64,000 nt of DNA. It comes from Mobula hypostoma. Its lineage: Eukaryota. The position numbers were made by a program, and so were the translations under genes. Location: the NCBI RefSeq assembly GCF_963921235.1, contig NC_086108.1, forward strand, positions 41,790,001-41,854,000, in the 5' to 3' direction. Positions within the stretch are counted from its first letter, which is position 1, and every line of letters begins with the position of its first letter. The notes below the pieces were generated by a model. The model was not told the origin of the DNA. It did no database searches and saw only the letters and a list, made by a program, of their open reading frames with translations. Shown here piece after piece: positions 62,561 through 64,000 of the stretch.

Positions 62561-63522
62561 CCTTGCAAGCTGGGGGGAGCGCTTTGGTCGAGGGTCATGG
62601 AGGCCAGAGTTGAGTCACTGTCTTGGTCTGGCACGGCACGGTGCCCCGTGAGCACCCGTGGGTCATAGGCGGTGGGAGGTGGCGCCAACCAAGATGGCCG
62701 CCCCCATGTCTCACACGTGGTGGCGGCATGCAGGCAAGATGGCGACCCCCATGCCTCGCATGCAGCGCTGCTCGACCCCGCTCGCGGTTTGGACTTACAA
62801 GCCTTGACGAAGTGGTCCTTCTTTCCGCAGCTGCAGCAGGTAGCTTCTTGGGCCAGGCAGCATTTACAGGGGTGCTTCTCGAGTCCGCAGAGGTAGCACT
62901 TCACAGACTCGCGACTGGCAGCAGCTGTGGTCGATTCGCCGGTGGGTTGCGGGGTCTGCGGTGTCCACGAGGCCATCGGGGTTCGCGTGCCTGGAGAGCC
63001 TCAAGAGTTCTGCAGAGCGGCCTCCAGCATGTTGGCCAGCTCAATCACTGAACATAAGGTAAGATCTGCTTGGTCCTTCAGCCGCTGGCGCACGTACACT
63101 GATCTGGTCCCCATGACGAAGGCATCTCTTACTAGGAGCTCCACATGCTGTTCAGCCGTCAGCCCCTGGCAATCGTAGGTCCGCACGAGTGTCTGTAGGG
63201 CCTGGACAAACTCAGCCCTCGACTCCCTGGGCCGCTGCTGCCGTGTCGCTAAGCGATGCTGCACGTAGACGGTGTTTACCGGCCGCAGGTACTGTCTTTT
63301 GAGGGCGCTCATCGCACCGTCGTAGCTCGGCTGGTCTCTGATCATCAAGTAGACCCGAGGACTGACCCTGGAGAGGAGAACTCTGAGCTTCGCGGTGGGC
63401 TCGGTCACTTCAATCTCCTCTAGGTATGATTCGAAGCAGGCCAGCCAGAGTTCAAAAGCATTTCCAACTTCAGGTGTTTGCGGGTCGAGGTCTAACTTGT
63501 CGGGTCTCAGATCACGTTCCAT
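62560..63522 (-). pseudogene. gag: Gypsy gag, disrupted
   Basis: MERDLRPDKLDLDP...LATRQQRPRES...RDAFVMG; zinc knuckles CYLCGLEKHPCKCC and CCSCGKKDHFVKAC. Confidence 0.9.
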
Positions 63523-63547
63523 GCTTTAAAATTACTGCTAATAAAAT

Positions 63548-63780
63548 TGATGCACCATCAGTAACTCCAAAAGATTGGAAGTAGAGTAAATACTGAAAGG
63601 CTTTTATTAGCAGTAAAATGTGACCTCCACCATGCTGAGTATCTGCCCTGGACTGAGAAGAGGAGCAATGGCACAATCGCCTTTATTCAGGGGTCTGTGG
63701 GAAGAGCCACAGGAGCAGTCAGCAGAGGGGCTCGTCCAGACAGGTAACCCAGTTACAACATATATATATGGTTTACCACA
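63548..63780 (-). repeat. Gypsy 5' LTR (233 bp)
   Basis: TG...CA ends, direct repeat of the 3' LTR, AATAAA on the minus strand near 63603-63608. Confidence 0.92.
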
Positions 63781-64000
63781 CTATCATTACATTTTGATTA
63801 GCTCTTCTTGAAAGTTTGCAGCTTTAATAACAAAGTTCAGTACATATTCACTGACCATATCAGAAAGAAGTGACTGAGGAGAAAACACATGTGGTTTACG
63901 TGTTAATTAGAGAAACAACCAACTGAATTAACCGACATACTGACCTTTTCATCACACTTGGTACATTCCAGGCAAAGAAGCTAACTATTTTGAAAATTGT

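Larger units (their letters stand above)
58873..63780 (-). mobile_element. Full-length decayed Ty3/Gypsy LTR retrotransposon (possibly Cigr/Mag-like)
   Basis: Two LTRs with TG...CA ends, domain order gag-PR-RT-RH-IN, polypurine tract; 5-bp flanks CCATC (58868-58872) and CTATC (63781-63785) match at 4 of 5. Confidence 0.93.

Noticed and set aside
59919..63178. Many plus-strand ORFs over the Gypsy element
   Set aside because: Antisense shadows of GC-rich gag/pol

Overview
This is AT-rich vertebrate genomic DNA, most likely from a cartilaginous fish. That assignment is inferred from an HE1-like V-domain SINE, a Deu-domain SINE and a repeat set of CR1, Rex1/Babar, Neptune-type Penelope and HERO. 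No host gene can be identified. One plausible 193-bp coding exon lies on the minus strand (49063-49255), so the window is probably intronic or intergenic. Almost all ORFs in the track are retroelement fragments or noise. The content is CR1, Rex1/Babar, L1, RTE and HERO LINE fragments (often nested, many with readable target-site duplications), hAT and mariner MITEs, a DNA element with a 7-bp TSD, a candidate solo LTR and a decayed full-length Ty3/Gypsy element. Four things stand out. (1) A 4.7-kb fold-back Penelope dimer is bounded by a single 14-bp TSD and has a stuttered junction. (2) The Penelope pLTRs carry minimal hammerhead ribozyme motifs. (3) Tiny fold-back pLTR-only insertions, two with 14-bp TSDs, have their junctions in the hammerhead. 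(4) The Gypsy element has no tRNA primer-binding site; a perfect 15-nt complement of its own LTR, covering the AATAAA, sits in its place and suggests self-priming and/or poly(A) occlusion. All calls are by eye, without database searches.
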